A stretch of 64,000 nucleotides of DNA from Candidatus Shapirobacteria bacterium (GTDB taxonomy: Bacteria > Patescibacteriota > Microgenomatia > UBA12405): assembly GCA_041658955.1 (NCBI GenBank), contig JBAZZE010000003.1, positions 3,842 to 67,841 on the forward strand, given 5' to 3'. This document shows positions 1 through 9,300 of this stretch, one piece after another (the stretch's first letter is position 1; every line of letters begins with the position of its first letter). The notes under the pieces were generated by a model. That model saw only the letters and a list, made by a program, of their open reading frames with translations. It ran no database searches and was not told the DNA's origin. A program made the translations under genes and the position numbers.

Positions 1-1863
1 AGCGATTGGACTGGGAGAATAGTTGTAGAGGTTTTTGACGTCGGTGGCGGATAGGCCACGGTTATAAACACGAACTTCATCCAAACTTCCGCCAAAATAG
101 TAACTTTGGCCAGGGTACATGGTACCTAAATTTAGTGAAGTCCCAGCACCGCCAGTGCGTTCGGTTCCGTAGCATTGACTCATCTCCTGACTTATTCCAT
201 TGATGTAGATTTTACTTTTACCAGTGTAGAGTCCGTTGTACATAACCAGAGTGACATGAACCCATTTGTTGGCTAATCCGGTGGGGTTAATACCGTAAGC
301 ATCGCTGGCACCGGTGTTGAAACCCATACAAGTAGAAATGGGAAACCAAAGTTCATAATAATTACTACTCCCACCGCGAAGGTTGACGGGAATCTTGCCC
401 ACAGTACCGTTCCAATACATCCAAAAACTAACGGTATTGTAACCACCGACGGTGGTGGTGATATTTGGTAAGGTGACACCGATGTAATCATTGGTGTTGT
501 CAAAGCTAGCTCCGATGCCAAACTTACCATTACTCCAAGTAGGAGAAGAGTCGCCGTTGCCTAAAGTAGCAGTACGGTTGTTACCAGAACTGTCGGCAAG
601 TGATGAACCAACTCCTTCGTCGAATTTGTAGTAGGCGATGAGTCCATCAGAAATTCCCTTAGTACTATTACTACCGAAATTTACACCAGAATCTGAAGAT
701 GATTGGCCGGAAATACCAGTGGTGTAATCTTGCTTAATTTGATTAGCAGTACGGGCATATGAGAACACTTTTGTCTCATCAATTTTGGCGTCAGTATTCC
801 AGCCATACATGGTTCCAAAAATTAAGGAACTGCTATTGTTGACACTCCCGGTCACAGAAGAGATGTCGTATTCATTACTTTGTTTGACACCGTTGACATA
901 AAATTTGACTCGATTGTTGGTTTTATCAAAAACCACAGATAACATAGCCCATTTGTTTTTTAGATCGGTGGGTTTGTAACCATTATCAAATGTTATTGAG
1001 GCATTGGTAACTAAATTAGTACCATCGCTATAACAAATGTTGATACCGTTGGCATTGTATCCATGACCAATATCCCATCCTGGGTGACCGGCTGAGTAAC
1101 AAGTGCCAGATTTGTAAGCCATGAACCAAGTCTTAGGATAAGTGAAGTCGCGATAGTTGCCCCACATCTGGACCGTAAAATTGCCGGTATCAAAGTCCAA
1201 TAGGCTATTATCATAGACTGTAACATTGGGGATAGAGGTACCTGGCATACTGACGCATTTTCCAGAGAGACAGTCACTATCTGAAGTCCAAGTGGTATTG
1301 GATGATAAGTAGCCGATTAAACTACGGTCACTACCGGAGTTGTTGATACTAGTACCGACACCTTCATCAAATTTGTACCAAAGAACAGGACCGCCACCAA
1401 TTTCCTCGGTGACGGGGGAACCAATCGAATAACTTGAGGCTACATTGCTAAAGTCGCTGTTACTAAATTCGTTGTCCGCTGAGGAGTTACCATAGTAAGC
1501 ATAGATGGTTTGGGCGCCAGCAGGGAAAGAATCAAAATTGATATGAAATGATACATTGGTTGTGCCTGTGCCTGAGACTATGTAGTAGTCGAGAAGTTGA
1601 CCGGACGCAGTGGTAAAACGAAAGTCGCCATTGTCCGGTTGAGATTTGGCGGTAGTGCCGATGTTGATGGAGGTGCTAATGTAGACGTTGGTCTCATCAA
1701 CTGAGTGGGTGGAGATATTTATCTGTTGACGATACATCCAGGCGTCATTGAACCACTCTGCAAGAATGGTAGTTGGTTTTTGTTGAATTCGAAGGAGAGC
1801 GACAATGCCGATGAGAAGAATAACGACGATAGTAAAGAGTGTTTTGTAAGAGAGGCGGGTCAC
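1..1863 (-). CDS. Giant LamG-repeat surface protein, paralog 1 (C-terminal part runs off window; GTG start inferred at 1863)
   Basis: Reverse-strand translation of 1-120 gives ...GGSLDEVRVYNRGLSATDVKNLYNYSPSPIA, the LamG-type terminal motif shared with the two downstream paralogs. Region 1380-1863 is ~85% nt-identical to 5880-6370. Translation from GTG at 1861-1863 gives VTRLSYKTLFTIVVILLIGIVALLRIQQKPTT, matching the MEKFSYKTLFTIVVILLIGIV N-termini of the paralogs. The frame is consistent at both ends; the ORF is not in the track because it runs off the window and lacks ATG. Confidence 0.55.
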   Translation of the reverse strand, partial: MTRLSYKTLFTIVVILLIGIVALLRIQQKPTTILAEWFNDAWMYRQQINISTHSVDETNVYISTSINIGTTAKSQPDNGDFRFTTASGQLLDYYIVSGTGTTNVSFHINFDSFPAGAQTIYAYYGNSSADNEFSNSDFSNVASSYSIGSPVTEEIGGGPVLWYKFDEGVGTSINNSGSDRSLIGYLSSNTTWTSDSDCLSGKCVSMPGTSIPNVTVYDNSLLDFDTGNFTVQMWGNYRDFTYPKTWFMAYKSGTCYSAGHPGWDIGHGYNANGINICYSDGTNLVTNASITFDNGYKPTDLKNKWAMLSVVFDKTNNRVKFYVNGVKQSNEYDISSVTGSVNNSSSLIFGTMYGWNTDAKIDETKVFSYARTANQIKQDYTTGISGQSSSDSGVNFGSNSTKGISDGLIAYYKFDEGVGSSLADSSGNNRTATLGNGDSSPTWSNGKFGIGASFDNTNDYIGVTLPNITTTVGGYNTVSFWMYWNGTVGKIPVNLRGGSSNYYELWFPISTCMGFNTGASDAYGINPTGLANKWVHVTLVMYNGLYTGKSKIYINGISQEMSQCYGTERTGGAGTSLNLGTMYPGQSYYFGGSLDEVRVYNRGLSATDVKNLYNYSPSPIA

Positions 1864-1882
1864 TAGGATAATCTTACCAATT

Positions 1883-4800
1883 TTACCTAAAATTTACTCC
1901 ACTACCGTTGTAGACAGATTTTATTTGAGTTTCAGTTAGAGCGTAGTTGTAGACGCGAACATCATCGACTTGACCGTCAAGATAGCGGGGTGAGGCATTG
2001 TCTACCCGACCAATATAGAAATTGGCGTTATCAGTGTCGACTACTGAAACGATAGAAGAGGTTTGTTCGGTATTGAGTACTCCATTTTTGTAAAGTCGAA
2101 TATAGCTACCACCTTTGAAGACACCGCAGTAATGATCCCATTGGCCAGTAGTTACTAGACCAGTACTCCCTTCAACACGACCACTAGCGTCTGCTCCGGG
2201 GTCGACTGCGAAACTAACAGTATCACTACGCCCACTAAGGGCGGCACTATCATCGACCCAAAGAAGCCAACCGCCAAGGCTACCAAGATAGCGAGAGACG
2301 ATAGCACCATCGGTAGTAACTGAGGATGGGCGATATTTTAACCAGCTACAGACAGAGGCTTCAGTGGCTCCTTCGATGGTGGGAACTGTCATGCCAATGT
2401 TTATAGAGTCATCGGAGCCATCCAGACTGATAGAGGAATTCATCTTACCACTGGCACCATTGGTCCACGCCGCTGAAGTGCCAACAGAACAAGTGCCAGG
2501 AGTGGTTTGAGATCCTGAAGCACCAACGGTAAGAGTACCGTGATTGGCCAGACCACTCCAGTCAGCGATCTGGGTGCCCTGACATTCGTCCATTTTCCAC
2601 CAACCAGTTGGACCACCATGGTTGTAGTCGTAAGCTATTTGGGCTGGGGTACGGGCATAGTCATAGATTCGAACTTCATCAATAGCACCATTAAAATCAT
2701 CAACTAAGTAGCTGTTTCTGGCATTACCAATAGAGATGTCGTCGTTGTTGGCTATTGAACCAGTGGTTATATCATTACCGGTATTAACTAAAACTCCATC
2801 GACATAGAGATAAGCCTTGTCAGCAGAAAAATCTCTAACCCCGACGAGGTGATGCCACTGACCATTGTTTAATGGGGTTGGTCCGGTAACGTCAAAACCG
2901 GTAACACCATCTCTTAAAGTTATACCAGGTGTCCGTGTAGTCGCAGATAGGTAAAGTCTAAAAGGTGATGCACCACTATTTGTTCCATGTTTGGCCAACA
3001 AACTGTCAGTACTAGCACTAGTATCAGTAGTCTTGAACCAAGTTTCGACTGTATATGAGTTATTATTTCCAATGTCGGTAGTAGTTGTAGTTTCAGCAAA
3101 TCTGATGACACCGTCATTATTGTTAAAGTTAATACCAGAACCAAATTTTCCGAGAATCCAGGTATTAGTTCCTGTCCAGGTTGTACTATCGTTGTTATTG
3201 CCACTAGTATCTTTAGCGCTGGTACCAGCCTTTTCATCCAATTTCCAATTGGCTACTGGTGGACTACAGGGTGATGTGTCACCGGGGACACAGTAATCTA
3301 GACTAGTAGTGGTGGCACCGATAGTTTGATTTGATGAGCCAAAGGTGAAAGAGGAGTTTTGATTGAGGTCTGTTTTGATCTCGTCTTGACTTAGTTGATA
3401 GTTAAATAATTTGAAATCGTCAATCACACCTGAAAAATAGTTGGTGCTATTTTTACCAATGTTGATGGCACTACCAGTCACAGTGGTGCCGATACTGACA
3501 ACTACATGCTGCCAGGTATTATCGGTTAAAGTGCTGGTACTAATACCGTTTATGCTAATAGTGGGCGAGGTAAAACCAGAAGCAAAAAGAGTGTTCCCAG
3601 TGGCGCCAATAGCTACAGTCGGACTAAGGGAAAAGAAGTGGTTGTTGGTTATTCCACTGGGTTTTATCCAAAAGGATACGGACTGAATATTATTTACGGT
3701 GGTACCAACACTAAGATAATCGTTGGCAGAAAAACTGAGTCCTTTATTGTTTTTTCCATCGACCCACGAAGGGGATGAATTACCAGTGGCCAAAGTCCCG
3801 TTTACAGTGCCACCTATACCCCAATTACTGGTGGTTGAGCCGTTACTTTCATCAAACTTGTAATAGATAGCCGGTTTACCGTTGCGTGGTGAGGTATTGG
3901 AATCACCCTGCATGTCTTGAAGAACTTGTTCTTGGGTGCGGGCGTAATTGTAAAGTTTGACATCGTCGATTTTGCCGTCAAAGTCAAAGGAGGCACTGTT
4001 GTTGACGGTGCCAATATAAGTACTGTCAGGTGATGAGATACCAACGGAATAATATGCCGAAATATCTTGTGACTCAATTAGCTTTCCGTCCTGATAAATT
4101 TTGGCTGTACCATTTCGCGAAGCGATAGAACAAATGTAATACCAGTTACCAACTGTTAGGGGGTTGCTTTGAATTTTAACTGTGGTTGCTCCAAGATCCA
4201 ACATAAATTCCATCTGACTCAAGGCATCCCATCGGAGTTCGTAGCCTAAATTTGGAGAGGTATTGTCACGGTGTTCAAAAGCACCGGCAAACTCTGGACC
4301 GGTGGTTTCTGGGTTTAGCCATAGACAGACGGAAAAATCGTTTTTAACCATATCGTGCTCATCACTATCAGGAATGTTGACCCATTGATTACTGCTACTT
4401 TCAAAATCGAGGGCAGATCCAACCTTGCCAGTTATCCAAGTTGGTGAACCGTTAAAAGAAGAGCTGTTGTGACTTTTACCACTACTATCATAGGCGGTGG
4501 TTCCACTTTTTTCATCAAACTTCCAATAGCCAACTGGACCTGGAGCGTAGTTATAGAGATTTTTGACATCAGTAGAGGAAAGCGCGCGGTTATAGAGTTT
4601 GACCTCATCAATAGTTCCTTTGAAGTAATGTCCGGGGTCGGTGGCGTGATGGGTACCAATTCCCCAAGTGCTTGCCTCAGCAGTCCAGTTGCCAGTAGTA
4701 ACATTGCAAGTATTACTTAAAACACCATTAATATAGACTTTTTGAGTTTTGCCATCGGTTGTTCCAATGAGGTGATACCAGGTGTTGGCGGCAAGAGAAG

Positions 4801-6394
4801 TGCTGTAGGAGGTACTACAAACACTGCCTCCGGCAGACCTGAAAAAAGCGACAACTGTACCAGCATCGTTTTGGATATCGAATCCTTCTTCTTGATAATT
4901 TCTCATTATAATCGAGTACCACTCAGTACTTACTGCAGGAATCGAGGACATATTTATCCAAGCAGATATTGTTCCCTTATCTGCTCCTAGTGGAATTACT
5001 TGACCAGTAATGTAGTCGTTTCCACCGAAACTAGTTCCTATACCGAATTTTCCGCCTATCCAAGATGGGGCGGAGGTTCCACTACCAAAGGTTAGTGTCC
5101 GTGAATTCCCAGAACTATCTGCACTTGTTGAACCGACACCTTCTTCAAACTTCCAATAGCCAACTAGTCCATCAGATAAGCCTTTGGCACTATTACCACC
5201 AATATTGACTGAAGAGTTTGCTGAGGATTGGCCGGTATTAGAAGAGGTGAAGTCTTGTCTTATTTGAGTAACTGATCTGGCGTAGGAATATAGCTTTATT
5301 TCATCAATAATAGCGACAATGAAATCTTGGCTATCGGATTCAGAGCCAACCCTAAGACTTTGAGTGTTGACACCAATATCGTTGATATTTCCTAACGTCC
5401 CAGTTTGGGAAGCATTTGATTTGGCACCGTTAATATAAATATCAGTGTTGGAAGTGGAGTTATTGTCAAAAATAATTACGAAGTGTGTCCAAGTATTTGC
5501 GGTGATGGCTGATGTTTTTGTAAGTTGAAATTGATCGGTACCATCAGAAAAATAAACATCCAGTGTTCCGGTGGATGCTAGTCTAATATCGTAACCACTA
5601 GTGCCGGCAGTGGTGGAAGTTTTTTTGGCTAGAATAGTACCGGTGCTTGTCAGGGGACTCCTAATCCAGAGAGAAATAGTGAAGTTGGTGCCATCGGAAA
5701 ATTCTTGAATAGAGTTGTCGCCTAAATTTATATTGTCGTTACCATCAAAAGATAAACAATTACCAGAAATACATTGATCAGAAGTTAGCCAACTGGGTGA
5801 GGAGTTGCCTGTATTTAAGGATCCATTATTGTTTCCAGTTGAAGAATCAAAGGCAGTAGTGCCAGTACCCTCATCAAACTTATACCAAGCCACCGGACCA
5901 CCACCAATTTCTTCAGTAACAGGGGAGCCAATAGAATAACTTGAAGCAACTGTAGAAAAGTCACTATTACTAAATCCGTTGTCGGCAGAGGGGTTACCAT
6001 AGTAAGCATAGACAGTCTGGGCACCAGCGGGGAAACTATCAAAATTGATATGGAATGATATATTGGTTGTGCCTGCACCGGAGACTATGTAGTAGTCGAG
6101 CAGTTGGCCAGAGGAGGTAGTAAAACGAAAGTCGCCGTTGTCAGACTGAGACTTAGCTGTGGTACCGATATTGACTGAAGTACTAATGTAAACATTGGTC
6201 TCACCAACAGAATGTGTAGAAATATTTATAGCTTGACGATACATCCAGGCGTCATTGAACCATTCAGCTAAAACAGAGGTTGGTTTTTGTTGAATTCTTA
6301 TCAGGGCGACAATGCCAATCAGAAGAATAACAACAATAGTGATTAAAGTTTTGTAAGAAAATTTTTCCACTTTATCTAAAGGTTGCTGAACCAT
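1883..6394 (-). CDS. Giant LamG-repeat (Laminin_G_3/concanavalin-like) surface protein, paralog 2; N-terminal TM anchor
   Basis: 1503-aa ORF. It contains about 6-7 repeats of the W[YW]KFDE...D.SG..N.G.L...P.W..G..G.AL.F.G..D.V...(D[DE]V[KR][IL]YN[RY]AL...[EQ][IV]) LamG pattern. It has an N-terminal hydrophobic helix. An alternative GTG start at 6370 would give MEKFSYKTLITIVV, identical in style to paralog 3, and would sit 1 nt after the upstream stop. Confidence 0.7.
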   Translation of the reverse strand: MVQQPLDKVEKFSYKTLITIVVILLIGIVALIRIQQKPTSVLAEWFNDAWMYRQAINISTHSVGETNVYISTSVNIGTTAKSQSDNGDFRFTTSSGQLLDYYIVSGAGTTNISFHINFDSFPAGAQTVYAYYGNPSADNGFSNSDFSTVASSYSIGSPVTEEIGGGPVAWYKFDEGTGTTAFDSSTGNNNGSLNTGNSSPSWLTSDQCISGNCLSFDGNDNINLGDNSIQEFSDGTNFTISLWIRSPLTSTGTILAKKTSTTAGTSGYDIRLASTGTLDVYFSDGTDQFQLTKTSAITANTWTHFVIIFDNNSTSNTDIYINGAKSNASQTGTLGNINDIGVNTQSLRVGSESDSQDFIVAIIDEIKLYSYARSVTQIRQDFTSSNTGQSSANSSVNIGGNSAKGLSDGLVGYWKFEEGVGSTSADSSGNSRTLTFGSGTSAPSWIGGKFGIGTSFGGNDYITGQVIPLGADKGTISAWINMSSIPAVSTEWYSIIMRNYQEEGFDIQNDAGTVVAFFRSAGGSVCSTSYSTSLAANTWYHLIGTTDGKTQKVYINGVLSNTCNVTTGNWTAEASTWGIGTHHATDPGHYFKGTIDEVKLYNRALSSTDVKNLYNYAPGPVGYWKFDEKSGTTAYDSSGKSHNSSSFNGSPTWITGKVGSALDFESSSNQWVNIPDSDEHDMVKNDFSVCLWLNPETTGPEFAGAFEHRDNTSPNLGYELRWDALSQMEFMLDLGATTVKIQSNPLTVGNWYYICSIASRNGTAKIYQDGKLIESQDISAYYSVGISSPDSTYIGTVNNSASFDFDGKIDDVKLYNYARTQEQVLQDMQGDSNTSPRNGKPAIYYKFDESNGSTTSNWGIGGTVNGTLATGNSSPSWVDGKNNKGLSFSANDYLSVGTTVNNIQSVSFWIKPSGITNNHFFSLSPTVAIGATGNTLFASGFTSPTISINGISTSTLTDNTWQHVVVSIGTTVTGSAINIGKNSTNYFSGVIDDFKLFNYQLSQDEIKTDLNQNSSFTFGSSNQTIGATTTSLDYCVPGDTSPCSPPVANWKLDEKAGTSAKDTSGNNNDSTTWTGTNTWILGKFGSGINFNNNDGVIRFAETTTTTDIGNNNSYTVETWFKTTDTSASTDSLLAKHGTNSGASPFRLYLSATTRTPGITLRDGVTGFDVTGPTPLNNGQWHHLVGVRDFSADKAYLYVDGVLVNTGNDITTGSIANNDDISIGNARNSYLVDDFNGAIDEVRIYDYARTPAQIAYDYNHGGPTGWWKMDECQGTQIADWSGLANHGTLTVGASGSQTTPGTCSVGTSAAWTNGASGKMNSSISLDGSDDSINIGMTVPTIEGATEASVCSWLKYRPSSVTTDGAIVSRYLGSLGGWLLWVDDSAALSGRSDTVSFAVDPGADASGRVEGSTGLVTTGQWDHYCGVFKGGSYIRLYKNGVLNTEQTSSIVSVVDTDNANFYIGRVDNASPRYLDGQVDDVRVYNYALTETQIKSVYNGSGVNFR

Positions 6395-9300
6395 TATTTA
6401 TGATGCTTTTAATTTGGGTTTCGGTAAGGAGGTAGCCGTAATAGCGGAAGTCATCAATCTTCCCAGTGGCTTCTTCTGTACCATCACCATTGGAACCAAA
6501 GGCAAGATTATTATTAGTATTGGGAACTGTAAGGTTAGCAGTGCCACCCCAGGAACCAGTTAATAACTTACCATTGTGATAGAGGCGAATGGAGGAGTCG
6601 TCGCCACTAGTGTAAGCCACTGCGTAGTGGTTCCAGGTGCCAACATTGACGACATTTTGATTACCACTATAGCAGTGGACACTGGTATTGACTACACAAA
6701 ATTCTAAGGAACCATCGGAATAAATTTGAGTATACCAACCGTTACCACCGATATTTTTACCAGCATAAGTGTCGTAGGTGCCGGCACCGGGAAGACTGGT
6801 TGGATTAAACCAGTAAGCAATAGAAAAACTGTCGCTTGAACCGATATCGAGTGAGCCTTTGGATTCAGATTCGGTTACGGCAGCTAGGTCATCGTTGCCG
6901 TCAAAATTAAGAGAACCATTGATTTTGCCACTAGCACCGTTGGTCCAAGCAGCTGCAGTTCCACTGTTACAAGTACCAAGAGAAGTTTGAGTACCGGCAG
7001 CACCGATGGAAATGACTCCGGTATAACCTGTGCCCATAGAGTTGTGAATTATGGATCCTTGGCATTCGTCAAACTTGTACCAGACTAGTGGACCGCCTTG
7101 ATTGTAGTCAAGGCCAACTTGGGCAGGAGTACGGACATAATTGTAAATCCGGAGATCGTCAATATCGCCTTTCCAAGGATAGGTGACTCCGGTAGTATGA
7201 GCACCAATAGTGGCTCGAGTCGAGCTGAGGGCACCGGTATAGGCACCGAGGGCGGTATCAGTATCGGTGAGGAGGCCGTTACAATAATGAACCACCTTGC
7301 CGGCGGTTTGATCCCAAGACATAGCTATAAAAATATAACCAGTATCAGTCAGAGCGCAATCAAGACTGGTTTCGTTAGTGGCAGCGGCAGTATAGAGAGT
7401 ATTTAAACTTCCGTCAGAGGCTTTACGAATGGTGATCATATTATTTACATCGGCCCCGATGGTAAGAACTTGATGTTGAACTCCATCTCCCCAGACACCG
7501 TCGCCAACCCTAAACCAGGCAGTGACAGTACCTTGGTTGCCACTAAAAAGGCTAGCAAGATTGGCTGAATAGATATTTATATAATCGTTTGAGCCATCAA
7601 AATTTAGGGCCGAACCGTTTTTACCGGGAACCCAATCGTCACTGGTCATGCTTCCATTGGCAACACCGTTATTACCATTTCCAGAAGTGTCGGGGAGAGT
7701 AGAGGGAGTCCCAACATTGGTATCAAAATTCCATTCACCGATGGGAGCATTACAAAGAGCAGTATCGCCGGGAATACAGTATTTTAGACTGGTGGTAGTA
7801 GCACCAATGGTTTGAACAGTTTGGCCTGATTGAATGACTGAATTGCGATTATAGAGTTGTTTGATTTCATCAGAATTTAGGGCGTAATTGTAGACATTAA
7901 CTTCATCAATTTTTCCGATTGTATAGTTGCCACCAGCGGGCTGAGTACCAATACGAAGATTTTTGGCGTTAGCAGTCATCGTGGTATGGGTGGCTATTGT
8001 ATTAGTACGGTCAACGCCATCAACATAGACTCGGCAGGATGTTCCGGTTTTGGCGGCTACGAGGTGATGCCAAGTACTATCGGCAAGTACATATCCAGTG
8101 GCTGTATAGGTGTCATTAAAACCAGTAGTATTTGCAGTACGACAATAAACTTCGCCAGCATTTCCAATTAGAAGGGCATAACCACCATCACTACTAGCGT
8201 CAGTTTTGGAAATAATATATTCATTGGTACCGCCACTACGAGAGACCCAAGCACTTAGGGTAAAGTCATCGGTAAAATCGAGATAATTATTGTCCGATAT
8301 TTGGACATAATCACCACCATCAAAAGAGAGAGCTTGGTCGGAGCGACCGACAGTCCAGGCTGGGGAGGCGGTGCCAGCGCCGAAAGTACCAGTAAAATTA
8401 TTTCCAGATGAATCGTTGGCTAGAGTGCCGGAATTTTCTTCAAACTTGAGATTGATTATGGGGGTTAATGGTTTGCCATTACCCATGTCTTCCCTGATTT
8501 GGGATTTAGTACGGACATAATTATAAATTTTGACATCATCTAACTGAGCATTGACTGTATTTACAGCAGCTCGTGATCCGATACGTAAGTTTTGACCACT
8601 GCTGGTGATAATAACCATACCAGTAGCACCAGTATCAAGGTGACCGTTGACATACAGACTGGCAGCTCCATCACTGGTAATAGTGGCGCTAAGAAAAGAC
8701 CAAGTGTCGAGGCTAAGAGTATTGGGTGAAGTAAGCTGAAGATAGGTTGAGCCATTGCCGATGCGAAGGCGAGGCGTGCGACTGCTTTGCCAACCTAGTG
8801 AATAACCAGCGTTGTTGTTAGTCCGGTCAATGACATAGACATCTCCTGGTGGGGTATCAAGAGGTCTAACCCAAGCAGAAAGGGTTACATTGCCGGTTAA
8901 GTTGAAATCAGTACTAGTCGACTCCAAATAATCATTGGAGCCATCGAAAGTTCCACCTTTACCGATTTTTCCAACTGAGCCGCCAGTGGGACCGGTACTG
9001 GCAGGACAGGAGCGGAGGTGGTGATCATATCCAGAACTGTCCATCGCGGTATTGGTGGAACAATTATTATTCCAGGAAGCTTCTTCCATTTTCCAATGAC
9101 CGATAGGGCCAGGGGCATAGTTATAAAGAATTTGCATTTCTGAGGGTGATAGGGATCGATTATATAACCTAATATCATCGAGTAATCCCGAGAATTCACT
9201 ACCACTATTACCTCGTCTGCCGATTAGTAGAGAGGTTGTAAGAGCCGTGGGGGCTTGAGTAACATTTGAGTTAAAGTAGCCAGTTTTTACTCCATTAACA